A stretch of DNA of 64,000 nt, from assembly GCA_951406725.2 (NCBI GenBank), contig OX597822.1:87978001-88042000 (forward strand), in the 5' to 3' direction. The stretch comes from Octopus vulgaris (Eukaryota). Positions 62,959 through 64,000 of this stretch are shown in pieces. The notes under the pieces are model-generated. The model was given only the letters and a program-made list of their open reading frames with translations. It did no database searches and was not told the DNA's origin. A program made the translations under genes and the position numbers. Positions within the stretch are counted from its first letter, which is position 1. Every line of letters starts with the position of its first letter.

Positions 62959-64000
62959 CGAGGGACGTTCAATAAGTAATGCCTCTGACCCACTTGCAGT
63001 TGTTTGATCTAGCTGAAATTTTGCATGTGCAATCATTTATATCTCTATAGAGTAAGTGGCAAATTACAGCTCTGAATTAATTGTGGTTTCTGATTTACAG
63101 GTGTTTGAACCGAGTCAAGTGTGAAATGGAGCCTGTTGAGTGTCGAGCAGTGATCCGGTTTTTGTATTTGAAAGGACGCACACCACGGGAGACTTTTGAT
63201 GAAATGAAAGTAACTTATGGTGATGATGCCCTATCATATGACCTTGTAAAATGCTGGCATCGTGAATTCAAACATGGTCGGAACTCTGTGGAAACAGCTC
63301 CCAGATCTGGTCGCCCCCTTCTGCCATTGATGAGGCATCTGTCCATCAAGTTGAGGCTGCCATTTTGGAAGATCGACACATAATTATTCGCCAAATAGCC
63401 CATGAGGTCAAGATTAGTACCGGGTCTGTTGAAACTATCATTCATGACCATTTGCATATGCAAAAGGTGTCTGCCAGATGGATTCCCAGGTTGCTCACGC
63501 CTTTCCAGAAGCAAGAACGCGTCGAGTGCTCGAGGGTGAATTTGGAGATGTGCCAAGAAGATGAGTCAAAATTTTTCAAAAGACTAATTACACAGGATGA
63601 AACCTGGGTCCATCACGATGATCCAGTGACCAAATCCCAGTCAATGCAGTGGAAGCACCATGACTCACCCCCTCCAAAGAAGGCAAGGGTGCAGCCCTCC
63701 GCTGGCAAGGTCATGCTCACAGTCTTCTGGGACCAGGACGGAGTAGTGATGACAGATTTCCTGGCAAAGGGTACCACAATTGCAGAAGCCTATTATGCTT
63801 CACTTTTGAGGAAATTAAGAGAAGTTATCAAAATCAAGAGACGGGGCAAGATCAGCAAAGGCATCCTCCTCCTGCAGGACAACGCTCCGGTCCACAACCC
63901 GCTTGTCGCCAGATCAGAAGCACAGGCGTATGGCTATGAACTCCTCCCCATCCCCCCTACTTTCCTGACCTTGCACCCTCTGATTTTCACCTCTTCCCAA
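62959..64000 (+). mobile_element. Mariner (D,D34D) transposon, young copy, transposase from ATG 63126, runs off window
   Basis: TA|cgagggacgttcaataagt TIR; WIPRLL, ITQDETW, LQDNAP and HPPYFPDLAPSDFHLFP motifs; two 1-bp frameshifts. Confidence 0.93.

Overview
AT-rich, microsatellite- and transposon-dense animal genomic DNA. The SINE repertoire and composition suggest an octopus (coleoid cephalopod); this is an inference, not a database result. The window holds an internal part of one + strand gene, a laminin alpha chain of the LanA/LAMA3/5 type. I reconstructed 23 GT-AG exons between 11814 and 62793 that join in phase without stops (3403 nt, about 1134 codons). They encode the C-terminal part of the LN domain, LE (laminin EGF-like) repeats 1-10 plus a half LE11, and most of the following globular domain IV region. 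The gene start and end lie outside the window. Introns are filled with tRNA-derived SINEs, CR1, RTE and R4/Dong LINE fragments, Tc1/mariner and pogo remnants, MITEs, Helitrons, Penelope-like foldbacks with hammerhead-like cores, and simple repeats; most ORFs in the supplied track are microsatellite artefacts. The best candidate for something new is in the 13.4 kb intron between LE8 and LE9. It holds two tandemly duplicated blocks whose flanks are conserved but whose 15-nt AG/GT-bounded cores have diverged. These look like a pair of in-frame alternative microexons (ELMYN vs EQAGK) that would lengthen the LE8-LE9 linker. No transcript data are available here, so splicing claims are predictions.
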